A DNA stretch of 64,000 nt from Callorhinchus milii (Eukaryota), in contig NW_024704743.1 of the NCBI RefSeq assembly GCF_018977255.1, forward strand, positions 100,876,001 to 100,940,000, written 5' to 3'. Under the pieces are notes generated by a model. That model did no database searches, had not been told where the DNA came from, and saw nothing but the letters and a program-made list of their open reading frames with translations. A program made the translations under genes and the position numbers. Within the stretch, counting starts at the first letter, position 1, and the number at the start of each line of letters is the position of its first letter. This document shows positions 51,548 through 62,363 of this stretch, in pieces.

Positions 51548-52176
51548 CAGCTCCGCAACATTGCCAGACTCCACCACTGCCTCACCACTCAGGCTGTCGA
51601 AACTCTCACCCACGCATTCGTCACATCAAGGCTCGATTATGGAAACTCCCTCCTCATCAGCTTTCCCAACTCTTCCCTTTACAAGCTGTAGATCATCCAA
51701 AACTGCAGCTTGTGTACTCTCACCCTCACCCAACTCCACTGGCTCCCCATCCCTCAGAAGATCGAATTCAAGATCCTCGTCCTCACTCTCAAGGCCATCC
51801 ATGGCCTTGCCCCCTTCTGCCTCTCTGACCTGCTGACTCCCTACCAACCTGCCTACACCCTCCGTTAAGCAGGCTCTGGCCTGCTCCATGTCTCCCACCC
51901 GACCCGCCCTACCATCGGTGGCCGAGCTTTCAGCCACTCTGCCCCCACACTCCAGAACTTCATGCCCCTTCCTCCTTTGCCTCCTTCAAGGCCGGTCTCA
52001 AGACCCTCTTCTTCGATCATGCCTTCGGTCGCCCTCTCACCTCTTTGCCTTCCCTCACCCCTACCCCACCCCTCCCCCATGCTTGGGCCCTGACCCCTGA
52101 CTGTCCAGTGCCTTGGGACTTACTCCCGACATGAAAGGCGCTCTATAAATGTAATTTTGTTATTGTTATTGTTGTT
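51548..52176 (+). mobile_element. L2 3' part
   Basis: ctccgcaacattgccagactcc, aggctcgattatggaaactccctcctc, tail gacatgaaaggcgctctataaatgtaattttgtt. Confidence 0.9.
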
Positions 52177-52473
52177 AACCCTGCAGGCCAAAGCCCTAAA
52201 TGAGTTGGATGGTCTTAGCTGGACAAGCAGTGGGAAAGCTTGCCAGACAGCAATATCAATGCCAAGCTATGTGCTTTTAGCTGGTTAGACTCCAGCAGTA
52301 TTGCAACACACATTCTGGGGTCCCCAAGCCTTGACTGTTGCCAATCTGCATCTAATACTTTCTAGAAATAGGTAAGCAAGATGCATCCCTCCATGTAGAG
52401 AGTGCACATTCCAACAATCTATCTCTGGATTTCCATGTGTAGGTGGGATGCATGGAATTTTCAGCTTTGTTTA

Positions 52474-52726
52474 TATAATAATAATCCTTGCACTTGATAT
52501 AGCGCTTTTTCACATCTTCTGGATGTCTCAAAGTGCCTCACAGAATATACTGTAAAGTGAATTGACTATATATGTGTGGGCTAAACATGGCAGCCAACTA
52601 CTCACAGCAGTGTCTCACAAACAGTCGTGGATTGAAGTGACCAATTTATTATCGTGTTTTTTTTCTTGAGGGATTATTATCCGGCGTGTGGAGTAAGAAA
52701 ACTTGCCCAAGGTTTCACCCTGCCTG
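52474..52726 (-). mobile_element. SINE short form without head
   Basis: Tail and body match the family. Confidence 0.85.
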
Positions 52727-53184
52727 TTCAAGCTGTTGAGGAAGTTCACATTGAAAAATCAGGATGACCAGTTTAGATGTTCTTAAGCATGGTGATGGGT
52801 TTCCACATATGTCAGACACCCAGCTTACCAAAAAAAAATCAAGGTTCTGAATTGTTTTGGCGAGTTGGAGTGTGCATCCATGCAGACTGATTCTGTCAGC
52901 ATCAATAACACAGCATCAATCAATGCTGTCAGCATTAATCAAAGTGTTAGTAACATGTATTGGCTCTTTTAAACAAGTTTATTCAGGTCAGACACAAAAA
53001 TGCAGTAATATTTAAATTGTATGTTATATTATAATGGTTATTGCAAAACCCCAAGATAAAAAGAAGAATCAAAGCAAATAAGCAATATTGTTTTCTTAGC
53101 TGGTCAACTATAGCTTATAATATCAATACAATTGTTAGATCAATAAACAACAAAATAACAAAATTATATTTGAAAAATGCCTTT

Positions 53185-53415
53185 CAGGTTGGGAGAGAGG
53201 TACAGTTGGGTGTCATCCTCATACATGTGGAAGTTGACTCCATTTCTGTGGATGATGTCACCAAGAGGGAGCTTATAGATATTGGAGAGGAGGGGACCAA
53301 GGATAGAGCCCTGAGGAATGCCACGCGAGACCATGCGGGGGCTAGAGGAGAAATCATTTGTGGAGGTGAAATGGAGGCGATTTGAGAGGTAGAATCTGAA
53401 CCAGTCAAGGACAAC
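53185..53415 (-). mobile_element. L2 RT fragment
   Basis: Reverse translation gives VPQGSILGPLL...[23 protein letters not shown]. Confidence 0.85.
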
Positions 53416-53637
53416 ACCTTTTACGTTAGGAGGACTTCCAATAAGTAAGAATTAGGTGAAATAAACAACAATATGTTGCATTTATATAGCACTCATCACG
53501 TAGGATAAATTCTCGGAACAAATTAATTCCTAGAAATGGTTCATTTGACCTTTCGTAACAAGTACAGTGGATGAGTGGAGGGAGGGATGTACTCAAGGGA
53601 GTAGGGGAGGTAGACCAAAGCTGGGGGTGAAAAAGTA

Positions 53638-54035
53638 CAAGAACAACAAATTACATTTGTATGTGCCTTTCACATAAGGAGGACGTCCCAAGGCGCTGGG
53701 CAGTCAACGATCCACACCCAATCTGGTGGTTGGGATCAAGAGGGTTGGAGGGCAGGGAGGGTAGGGATAGGAGGGTGACCAAAGGCACGGTCGAAGAGGA
53801 GGGTCTTGAGACAGGTTTTGAAGGAGGCAAGGGAAGGGGGAGAGGCAGAGGGACTGTAGGGATGGAGTTCTAGAGAGCAGGGACAGACAGGCTGAACGCC
53901 TGCCTGCTAATGGTGGGGTGGACAAGGCTGGAGACGTGAAGCAGGCTGGAGCTCGATGAGTGGATGGAGCGGATAGGTTTGTAGTGAGTTAGGAAGTCAC
54001 AGAGGTAGGGAGGAGCAAGGCTGTAGACCTTAAAA
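53638..54035 (-). mobile_element. L2 3' fragment
   Basis: ggaggacgtcccaaggcgctg tail; FKVYSLAPPYLCDFL. Confidence 0.85.
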
Positions 54036-54114
54036 GTGAGTTTTAAAAATGGGGAAGAAGCAGGATAGAGTTGCAAAAGACTGAAGAAGAATGGCTGAAA
54101 GCTGGTCTACTTGT

Positions 54115-54432
54115 GGAGTCCTGTAGCTCAGTGGTTAGAGCACTCGCTTTGCAAGCGAGAGACCTGAGTTCAATTCCAGGCAGGACGAAACCTTGGGCAA
54201 GTTTCCTTACTCCACACGCCTAATAATAATCCCTCCAAAAAACAAAAACAATAATAAATTGTCATTTTCAATCCATGACTGTTTGTGGGACACTGCTGTG
54301 CGCAATTGGCTGCTGCGTTCGCCCACAAATATACAGTCAATTCACTTTACAGTATATTCTGTGAAGTGCTTTGGGACATCCTCCCGATGTGAAAAGCGCT
54401 ATCAAATGCAAGGATTATTATTATTATTATTA
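54115..54432 (+). mobile_element. tRNA-Ala SINE, short form, full length
   Basis: ggagtcctgtagctcagtggttagagcactcgctttgcaagcgagagacctgagttcaattcc ... (tta)n. Confidence 0.93.
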
Positions 54433-54434
54433 CT

Positions 54435-54745
54435 GATAGTGGGGTGAATCGGGCAGGGTACATGGAATACACTGATGTTTGCTGAGTAGAGGAAGCAGCT
54501 CGGGTAGTAGGTCACAGAGATAGAGTTAGGGCAAGACCATGGAGGCATTTGAAATTGATGTCAAGGTTCCTGAATTCAATTTGATTGGGGGATGGGGAAC
54601 CAGTGGAGCAAGCATGGATATAGTGATGAGCTTATGGGGCCTGTTGCAGAAGAGTTCCAGCTTGTATAAATAGGAGCTGGGCAGTCCAGTAAGTAAGTAG
54701 AATAATCAAGCCTGGAATTGATAAAGGCATGGATGAGGGTGTGGA
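54435..54745 (-). mobile_element. Old L2 fragment
   Basis: HTLIHAFINSRLDYSTYLL...LLHWFPIPQ. Confidence 0.75.
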
Positions 54746-55119
54746 TAAATTGTTCATTTATCAAAGGACCGGACATACTGTGCAGTACTTTTTAGCATAC
54801 AGCAAAGAATGGTGCTCCGTATAAATTGTCGATAGATATCTAAACATGCTAAAACATTATCTTCATTAGAAATTACTCAAACACTGCAGAATTCATAGAT
54901 AATTTGATGATGGATGATTATGGAAATATCATAGAATCATGCAGATTAAACAAATTAACTACTAGAAATGGCTCACTTGACATTTCCTAACAAGTACAGT
55001 GTGAATTATATGGAAATGTAGTGTAAAATGTAGAAAAATTAATGAAAAACCCAAATGCCAAATAAGATTTATATTTTAGTTGCATAATTTAAAAGCTTGT
55101 CCAGTAACTTATTGGATAA

Positions 55120-55195
55120 GGCAGCTTATGGTGTGTCACTGAAATATACAAGTCAGGAAGGTCCCGGTTTCAATCCCTGGTCTGTTGTGAGTTTT
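55120..55195 (+). mobile_element. LF-SINE-like head remnant
   Basis: caggaaggtcccggtttcaatccctggtctgttgtgagtt; identified from recalled consensus. Confidence 0.45.
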
Positions 55196-55214
55196 CAAAT
55201 TCTCAAATTGATCT

Positions 55215-55625
55215 TATAGTCCAGAGCTCAACTACCTTTCCTGGCAACCTGCTCCAGTTATAAATTACCCTCTGGGTAAAAAAAATCTGAAAGTGCCCAT
55301 TGCAACTTTAAACCCGTGCCCTCTTATTTTACTGTCTTGGTGCATGCAAAAGTATTATTCTGGGTTTACTTTCTCAATTCTATTTAAAATTTTATATATC
55401 TCTGTATGTCATTTCTGAGACATCACCTTTCAAGACTGAAGAGCCATATCCTGTCTAATTGTTCATAGCTCTTTCCTCTAACACTGTGGATTATCCTCGT
55501 TGGTCTCTTCTGCACTGCCTCTGGGGGCTGATTAGTCCCCTTATGTCACAGTGACCAGAATTATATGCAGTACTCCAGGTGCAGCCTGACCAGAACGCTA
55601 TACAGCCTGAGCATGACTTATGGGA
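55215..55625 (-). mobile_element. CR1 3' region, old
   Basis: gtgaccagaattatatgcagtactccaggtgcagcctgacc is the reverse of VRLHLEYCIxFWS. Confidence 0.75.
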
Positions 55626-57378
55626 ATCTGAACTCAGCTAATTTATTTCAAATAATGTTGAAAGTTGTGTAGGCTGCATTGAACCAGGAGCAATAGATAT
55701 ATTAAAACCTTATTCTGCATCCAGCTAGATGGCTGGAGAGCAACCAAGCATGTTGGATTTATTGGCAATAAGCACACTGCATAAATCCACAATCAATCCT
55801 CCTCCACACTGCAGTTTAGGATATTGCCAGACACAACCTTGCAGAACTCCAACTGTCCAGCTTGCCAGGATAGCACAGACAGATTCAAGGACATGCAGGA
55901 TTGTTCTAGTGATTCCTCTTCCCTAGATTACATTCTGGGTCTACCAGAAGAGATCTCCCTCGGAGCAAGTGTGAGGATGATTAAAATAAAAAATATGTGT
56001 TTCGTCCACAAAATATAGAGTCAATTCGCTTTACAATATTTTCTGTGAAGCGCTTTGCAACGTCTCAATAACGTAATAAGGTGCTATATCAAATGCAATG
56101 ATTATTATTATACTACTAAAAATCCCATTATAAGGACATAGCCAAAAGTAATCTCATTCAGTAGTTTCTTTTCAGAGCTTTGTAAGAAAGACCATTCATA
56201 GTTTAACCTCTATAAAATTAGTGGAGCTGAAATTTTATTTCCTGCTTAGTGTAGTGACTCTGAAAATGTGCTCTTTATTACAGAGAAAAATTACCCTGTT
56301 ATAATTTAGCAGCAATAGGAATATTCAATATGATTTATTTGCCTCTTTAATGAAATGAAATCATTTTCAGAATCATTCTTTTCCCTCTCAGTATTGGAAG
56401 AAAATGGTTATTTACTTCTAATTGAAACGTTAGCTAAAAATTCTAAACTTTATACTGTGAAGTTGCCCTGACTGGTGAACTTTCACTTTCTGTAGTGCAT
56501 GTGAGGTTGTGTTCTGCCATTATCATATAGGTCATCAATTTAGCACTTAGTAATGTTTAAGTGGGAAGTGATCATTCTCGTGCCAAGCAAAATGTTGAAT
56601 CCAGTGCAATTTCTATTTATATCATGTGTTTTTGTCCCTTTAAATCACATATATAACCTCTATAACCTCGTGTAATCGTTGCAGCTATTTTTGAATATTA
56701 AAGATTCTTTTCAAGTGCCAACATTTGCCTGTGAACAATTGCATCATTTTTAATAGAAATTAATCACCACTACTTTGTGTGTAACAAAATGTGTATGACA
56801 GATTTATGGATAAGCGTTTAGTCAAATAGAACAGGAGGTGTTAACATCTATTTGAAATTGCCTTTGAGTGCACAAAAGTGCAGAGGTGGCAGTTTGGATT
56901 ATACCAGTCAGGGTTTACCATCATTATTGCTTTAATTGCCATTTTAATAGATTTGCACCAATCCATTATGATTGGGTTTAATTTAGTACCCAAAAGGAAG
57001 AATACAGACAAAAACCACACTACCATAAGCAGGACTATAAGCAGTACAACAGCAATAAGAAGAAAAATAAAAATAACAACAATGGTCATTTATATTGCAC
57101 CCTTCACTTGGGAAGCATTTTAGAGCACTCAAAAGGGCATGGGCAACTTTCTGGCAATTGTGCCATTCAACCCTCTTTTCCATTCCCAGTGCCAAGGATT
57201 ACTTTGAATATTCATGGTTTTCGCAAACATGTCTCCTTGGAGCTTGTTAAGCTCCCTCTTATCCACACCCCTGATGGTAAGGAGGATCTGCTCAGTGAGT
57301 AAATGCCAAGATGAGTGTGCAGTAGAGTTGTTTTTTGTGACCATTACATGCAAGTGTTGCACAGTCAGAATACAATCA

Positions 57379-57688
57379 GAGTCCTGTAGTTCAGTGGTTA
57401 GAGCACTCGTCTCGCAAGGAAGAGACCTGGGTTTGATTCCCGGCCGGGCAAAACCTTGGGCAAGTTTCTTTACTCCATACACCTGATAATAATCCCTCAA
57501 GAAAAAAACAATAAATAAATTGGTCACTTCAATCCATGACTGTTTGTGAAACACTGCTGTGTACAATTAGCTGCCATGTTTCGCCCACAAATTTACAGTC
57601 AATTCACTTTACAGTATATTCTGTGAAGCACTTTGAGATGTCTAGAAGATGTGAAAAGGCGCTATATCAAATGCAAGTGTTATTATTA
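57379..57688 (+). mobile_element. tRNA-Ala SINE, short form, full length
   Basis: Head, body and tail present. Confidence 0.92.
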
Positions 57689-57746
57689 GTAATAGTATTG
57701 TGATGTGCAAGCCCCCAAGTCAATGGAACCTTTATGTTTCATTAAG

Positions 57747-58053
57747 GAGTCCTGTAGCTCAGTGGTTAGAGCACTCGCTTTGCAAGCGGGAGACCTGAGT
57801 TCAATTCCAGGCAGGGCGAAACCTTGGGCAAGTTTCCTAATAATAATCCCTCCAAAACCAAAAACAATAATAAATTGGTCATTTTCAATCTACGACTGTT
57901 TGTGGGACATTGCTGTGCGCAATTGGCTGCCGTGTTCGCCCACAAATATACAGTCAATTCACTTTACAGTGTGTTTGGTGAAGCGCTTTGGGACGTTCTC
58001 CCGACGTGAAAAGCTCTATATCAAATGCAAGGTTATTATTATTATTATTATTA
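57747..58053 (+). mobile_element. tRNA-Ala SINE, young L2-tail subfamily
   Basis: Full head; lacks tactccacacgcct; tail gggacgttctcccgacgtgaaaag. Confidence 0.92.
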
Positions 58054-58599
58054 ATGCAGCCCACTGATGTTTTGTCTAATATGAACAATTAATAACTATG
58101 TACTTCAGCTAGTAAGGCAGCAGTGAGAAGCACTAACAAACAAAAGTGAGATTTTACAAGAAAAACAGATTTCAGAGGCTTATTGTACTGCACTTCAATG
58201 AATGAAACAAGATGACTCACCAGCTTTAATCATTATAAATTGCACTGGTAGAGAGACTGGGAAAACCCACACCCGGCACCCGCATGAGAATGAAAACTTG
58301 ACCTCATCCAAACCACAGCAACATAAGTGAAAAATCCAAATGTGGCTGTCTATTCGTAGTACTGTGAATATTCAGCAGATACTGTACTCCTTGGTGCACT
58401 AATACTTTGAACTCATTTTGGAGGAGCACTGCATTGCTTGAGTTGCTAAATTTCAGATTAAACAGATCCTCACTTTGTAAGCAAAACTGCCAACAGGGTT
58501 GTCATGTTACATGTGCACAAGCTATGCAATTTTAGGTGGTTTAACTGACAAGACCAGGATATTAGGAGTGTCAAGCCTGGATATGATCACAAGATTGGT

Positions 58600-59226
58600 T
58601 TGAATGAAGAAAATCCTTTGGCCCATTCAATCTCATTCCTCCAGAACACCCACCCAACTGTCCTCCCATCGTAGCATCAAGCTGCTTTTTAAATAACTCC
58701 AGTGTCCTGGCCTCAACCACACTTACTTGTACCTGCTCCAGTTATTAATTACCCTCTGAGTAAAGGAAAATCTCGTAACAACTGTTCTGAAATTGTATTT
58801 TACAATTCTAAACCTACATCCTCTTGTTAATAATTACATAGAATTACACAGAATATATAGCACAAAAACAGGCTATTCGGCCCAACTGGTTTTTATGCTC
58901 CACATGAGCTTCCTCCTGCTCTTCCTCAAATAAGCCTATCATAAATTTTCATTCCTTTCTCCTTCATGTACCTATCTAGCTTCCCCTTAAATGCATCTAT
59001 GCTATTTGCCTCAACTACTCCTTATGGTAGCAAGTTCCACATTCCCACCACGCTCTGAGTAAAGAAGTTTCTTCTGACTTCCCTATTTGATTTATTGGTG
59101 ACTATTTTATATTTATGGCCTCTGGTTTTGGTCTCCCCACATGAGAACATCTTCTCATGTCTATCCTATCAAAACCTATCATAATTTTGGAAGACTTCCA
59201 TTAGGTCACACATCACCCTTCTCTTT
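58600..59226 (-). mobile_element. CR1 3' ends (two stacked fragments)
   Basis: ggtagcaagttccacattcccaccacgctctgagtaaagaag; acaggctattcggcccaactgg. Confidence 0.8.
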
Positions 59227-59530
59227 TAATAATAATAATCCTTGCATTTGATACAGCGCTTCATCACATCTTCTAGATGTCTCAAAGTGCTTCACAGAAT
59301 ATACTGTAAAGTGAATTGACTGTATATTTTGTGGGTGAAACACAGCAGCCAATTGCGCACAGAAGTGTTCCACAAACAGTTGTAGTTTGAGTGACCAATT
59401 TATTATTATTTTTATTTATTTTTAAAAGAATTATTTCCCCCGGAAAAGTGATCCGCTAATCGACTAACAACTGGATTTCTACTTACTGCTAGGTAAACAG
59501 AGGCGTGTGGAGTAAGGAAACTTGCCCAAC
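59227..59530 (-). mobile_element. SINE long form without head
   Basis: Tail plus tactgctaggtaaacagaggcgtgtggagtaagg. Confidence 0.88.
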
Positions 59531-59833
59531 ATTTTCTCACCTTCCCCCTCACCCTCTTTTGTGACCATTACCACATCATCTGGTTACAGACACACCTTTT
59601 CTCTCTCTGGTTTGCCTATTTTGTTGCAATTCCACCCACTCCATCTTTGTTTTGCATTATTAACACCTTTTTTCCTCTGTTTATTTCAAACCCCACTTTG
59701 TTTTTCATCATTATCACCTCTTTAACCTATCCCATCATCCCCTGTCCTCTACCTCAATTTTTCCTTTGGCTTCCTTGCCCTGCCTCCTCCCTCTCTGTTG
59801 GTCCTTAAAAGCCTCTCCCTTCCAACACGCCCT

Positions 59834-59870
59834 AGTTCTGACGAAGGGTCCTGGACCCGAAACGTTGACT
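59834..59870 (+). ncRNA. Minimal type-I hammerhead ribozyme motif
   Basis: AGTT-CTGACGA-A-GGGTC-CTG-GACCC-GAAA-CG-T-T-GACT: stem I AGUU/GACU, complete core, perfect 5-bp stem II, palindromic ACGT in place of stem III. Confidence 0.75.
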
Positions 59871-59955
59871 CACTTTCCTTTTTCCTTGCTATACCAAATG
59901 AAGGCTTATTATAGAACTCAGCAGGTCAGGCAGCATCTATAGAGAAAGGAAAGCG

Positions 59956-59991
59956 AGTCAACGTTTCGGGTCCACGATCCTTCATCAGAAC
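59956..59991 (-). ncRNA. Minimal type-I hammerhead ribozyme motif (inverted copy)
   Basis: Reverse complement reads GTT-CTGATGA-A-GGATC-GTG-GACCC-GAAA-CG-T-T-GACT; one stem II mismatch. Confidence 0.68.
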
Positions 59992-60246
59992 AGGTTCTGA
60001 CGAAGACAAAGACCAAGTCATTCAGGTTTTGTACCGGCTCCACAAGGTAAGGTGCATAACACCACGCAGGTTGATGCTGTCAACACTTAAGGTGAGAAAA
60101 CATAGAGTCACACCACATTTTATAAGGTCTTAGCACATCATTGAGATGTCTGAAAGTAGTTCACATGAATACTTAAAGTGGTGTGACAGTGTGTATTTTT
60201 GTGGGCATTACATTTTACAATAATTACCCTGAAGTTATTTGCAACA

Positions 60247-62135
60247 AAGGAGGCAAGGGATAGGGTGAGGCGGAAGGACAGCGGGATGGAGTTCCAGAGG
60301 GTGGGAGCAGTGTGGCTGAAGGCTCGCCTGCCAATGGTGGGGCAGACGAGGTGGGGAATATGAAGCAGGCCGGATCCTGCTGAGCGGAGGGAGCGGGCAG
60401 GTTTGTAGGTGGTTAGGCGGTCACAGAGGTAGGGGGTAGCAAGGTCATGGAGGACTTTGAAAGTGAGGACCAGGATCTTGAACTGTATTCTCTGCGTGAT
60501 GGGAAGCCAGTGGAGTTGGGCAAGGATTGGTCACAGAGCCTGGTGCGGAGAGGACACGGCCTGTAGAGTTCTGGATGATCTGCAGTCTATGGAGGGAGGA
60601 GTTGGGGAAGCCGACAAGCAGGGAGTTTCCATAATTGAGCCTGGATGTCATGAATGCGTGTATGAGGGACTTGGTGGCCTGCATTGTGAGACAGTGGCAG
60701 AGCCGGGCGATGTTGTTGAAATGGGGGAAGGCAGAGCGGGTCATGGCACAGATGTGGGGTAAAAAGTTTGGGTCAAACAAGACCCCGATATTCCGGACTG
60801 GCTTATTAAGGGGGAGTGTGTATCCTTGGATGGTGGTGCTGTCAGCGCCTGAGGTGTGGAGGCGCTGATGGGAGCCAATCAGGAGAGCCTCGGTCTTGTT
60901 GATGTGCAACTGAAGAAAATTAGCTTTCATCCAGGATTTGATGTCTGACAGACATTCTGTCAGGACAGCAGTGGTCCTGGAGTCGAAGGTGGGAGGCAGA
61001 GAGGTAGAGTTGAGTCTCATCCGCATACATGTGGAAGTAGACTCCATGTCTGTGGATGATGTCACCCCGTTCGCCCACAAATATACAGTCAATTCACTTT
61101 ACAGTATATTCTGTGAAGCGTTTGAGACGTCTAGAAGACGTGAAAAGCCGCTATATCAAATGCAAGGATTATTATTATTTATTATTAAGGAGCATATAAA
61201 TATTGAAGATGAGGGAACCAAGAACAGAGCCCTGAGGAACGCCACACAAGACATTTGTGGAGATGAGGTGGAGACAGTGTGAGAGGTACGATCTGAACCA
61301 TTCAAGGACAGAACCATGATATTGAGGTGAGAGGAGGGGCGGGGGAGGAGGATAGAGTGGTCAATGGTATCGAAGGCAGCAGAGAAGTTAAGGAGGACGA
61401 GGAAGCAGCAGAAGCCCTGGTTGCAGATAGACAGAATGTCATTTGTCACTTTGACCAAAGCTATTTCTGTGATGTGGGCAGCACAGAAACCCAATTGGAG
61501 GGGTTTGTGAAGGGAGTGGTGGGAGAGCAAGGAACAAAGTTGGGAAGCAATGACTTGTTCCAGGACCTTGGAGAGGAAAGGGAGGTTGGAAATGGGGCGG
61601 TAATTTGAGAGCAGGAAAGGGTCCAGAGAGGGTTTTTTTTCTTACAGATAGCAGTGATGACGGCCATTTTTAAAGGGGTGGAAACGGTGCCAAAGGACAG
61701 GGAAAGGTTTATGATGTATGTGAGTCAGGGGGCAAGAAGGTGGAGCTGAGAGGTAAGGAGAGGGGTAGGATTGGGGTCAAGGGCATAGGTGGTCAGTTTC
61801 ATGTGGGTTCTCGTGATGGTGAAAGAGGAGGGGGAGATACATTCAAAGGGATGGAGGGAGGGATGGGAGGGGCTAGTCTGTGAGGGGGAGATGGGGAGTG
61901 GCTAGTAGTCAGAAGGGCAGAGGCAGCTGAGCGGTTCCCCTCAACTTTGGTTTCATGGAAGTCCAGCATCTCCATACAATTGGCGTTGGAGGAGAGGATA
62001 GGCGAGGCATGAGAAGGTGGGCGGAAGAGCTGGTTAGTGATGGAGTAGAGGAGCCTCGGGTTGTCCTTGGCCTCCAAGATTGTCTTGGAGTAGAAGGACA
62101 ATTTAGGGGAGGTGAGGGCGGAGCAGTAAGTTTTG
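60247..62135 (-). mobile_element. L2 LINE ORF2, about 1.9 kb, with RT domain, decayed
   Basis: QLGFCAAHITEIALVKVTNDIL...[64 protein letters not shown]. Confidence 0.95.
61067..61186 (+). mobile_element. SINE 3' fragment nested in L2
   Basis: Interrupts the L2 between gatgatgtcacc and ggagcatata. Confidence 0.85.
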
Positions 62136-62363
62136 ATAAGGTCCAAATGTTTTGATAAGGTCCAAGGTCCATTTGCTATACCAAATGAAGGATTATTTAA
62201 AACTATACCTCTCATCCCCAATATGTGTTTGTACTGGTTAACTGGGAAAATAAAGGTGCGTTTGCAAATCACAAGTACTATCATATACAGATTAAGTGCT
62301 AGCTGTTTTAGGACCAATACATGTTTGTGAGTTAATCCTACTTCAAAGTCTACCTATTGAACA

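Larger units (their letters stand above)
59531..60005 (+). mobile_element. Penelope-like element 3' region with direct and inverted terminal repeats
   Basis: Pyrimidine-rich stretch leading into agttctgacgaagggtcctggacccgaaacgttgactcactttcc, then an inverted copy (ctcagcaggtcaggcagcatc...), then a truncated third core. Confidence 0.7.
58454..60246 (+). repeat. Local duplication, copy 1 (paralogous to about 62364-63398)
   Basis: 58454-59160 matches 62364-63045 and 60014-60246 matches 63166-63398, including non-repeat sequence and identical repeat junctions. Confidence 0.88.

Noticed and set aside
54115..54190. tRNA-Ala(TGC) genes at SINE heads
   Set aside because: No proper acceptor stem, and each runs into a SINE body
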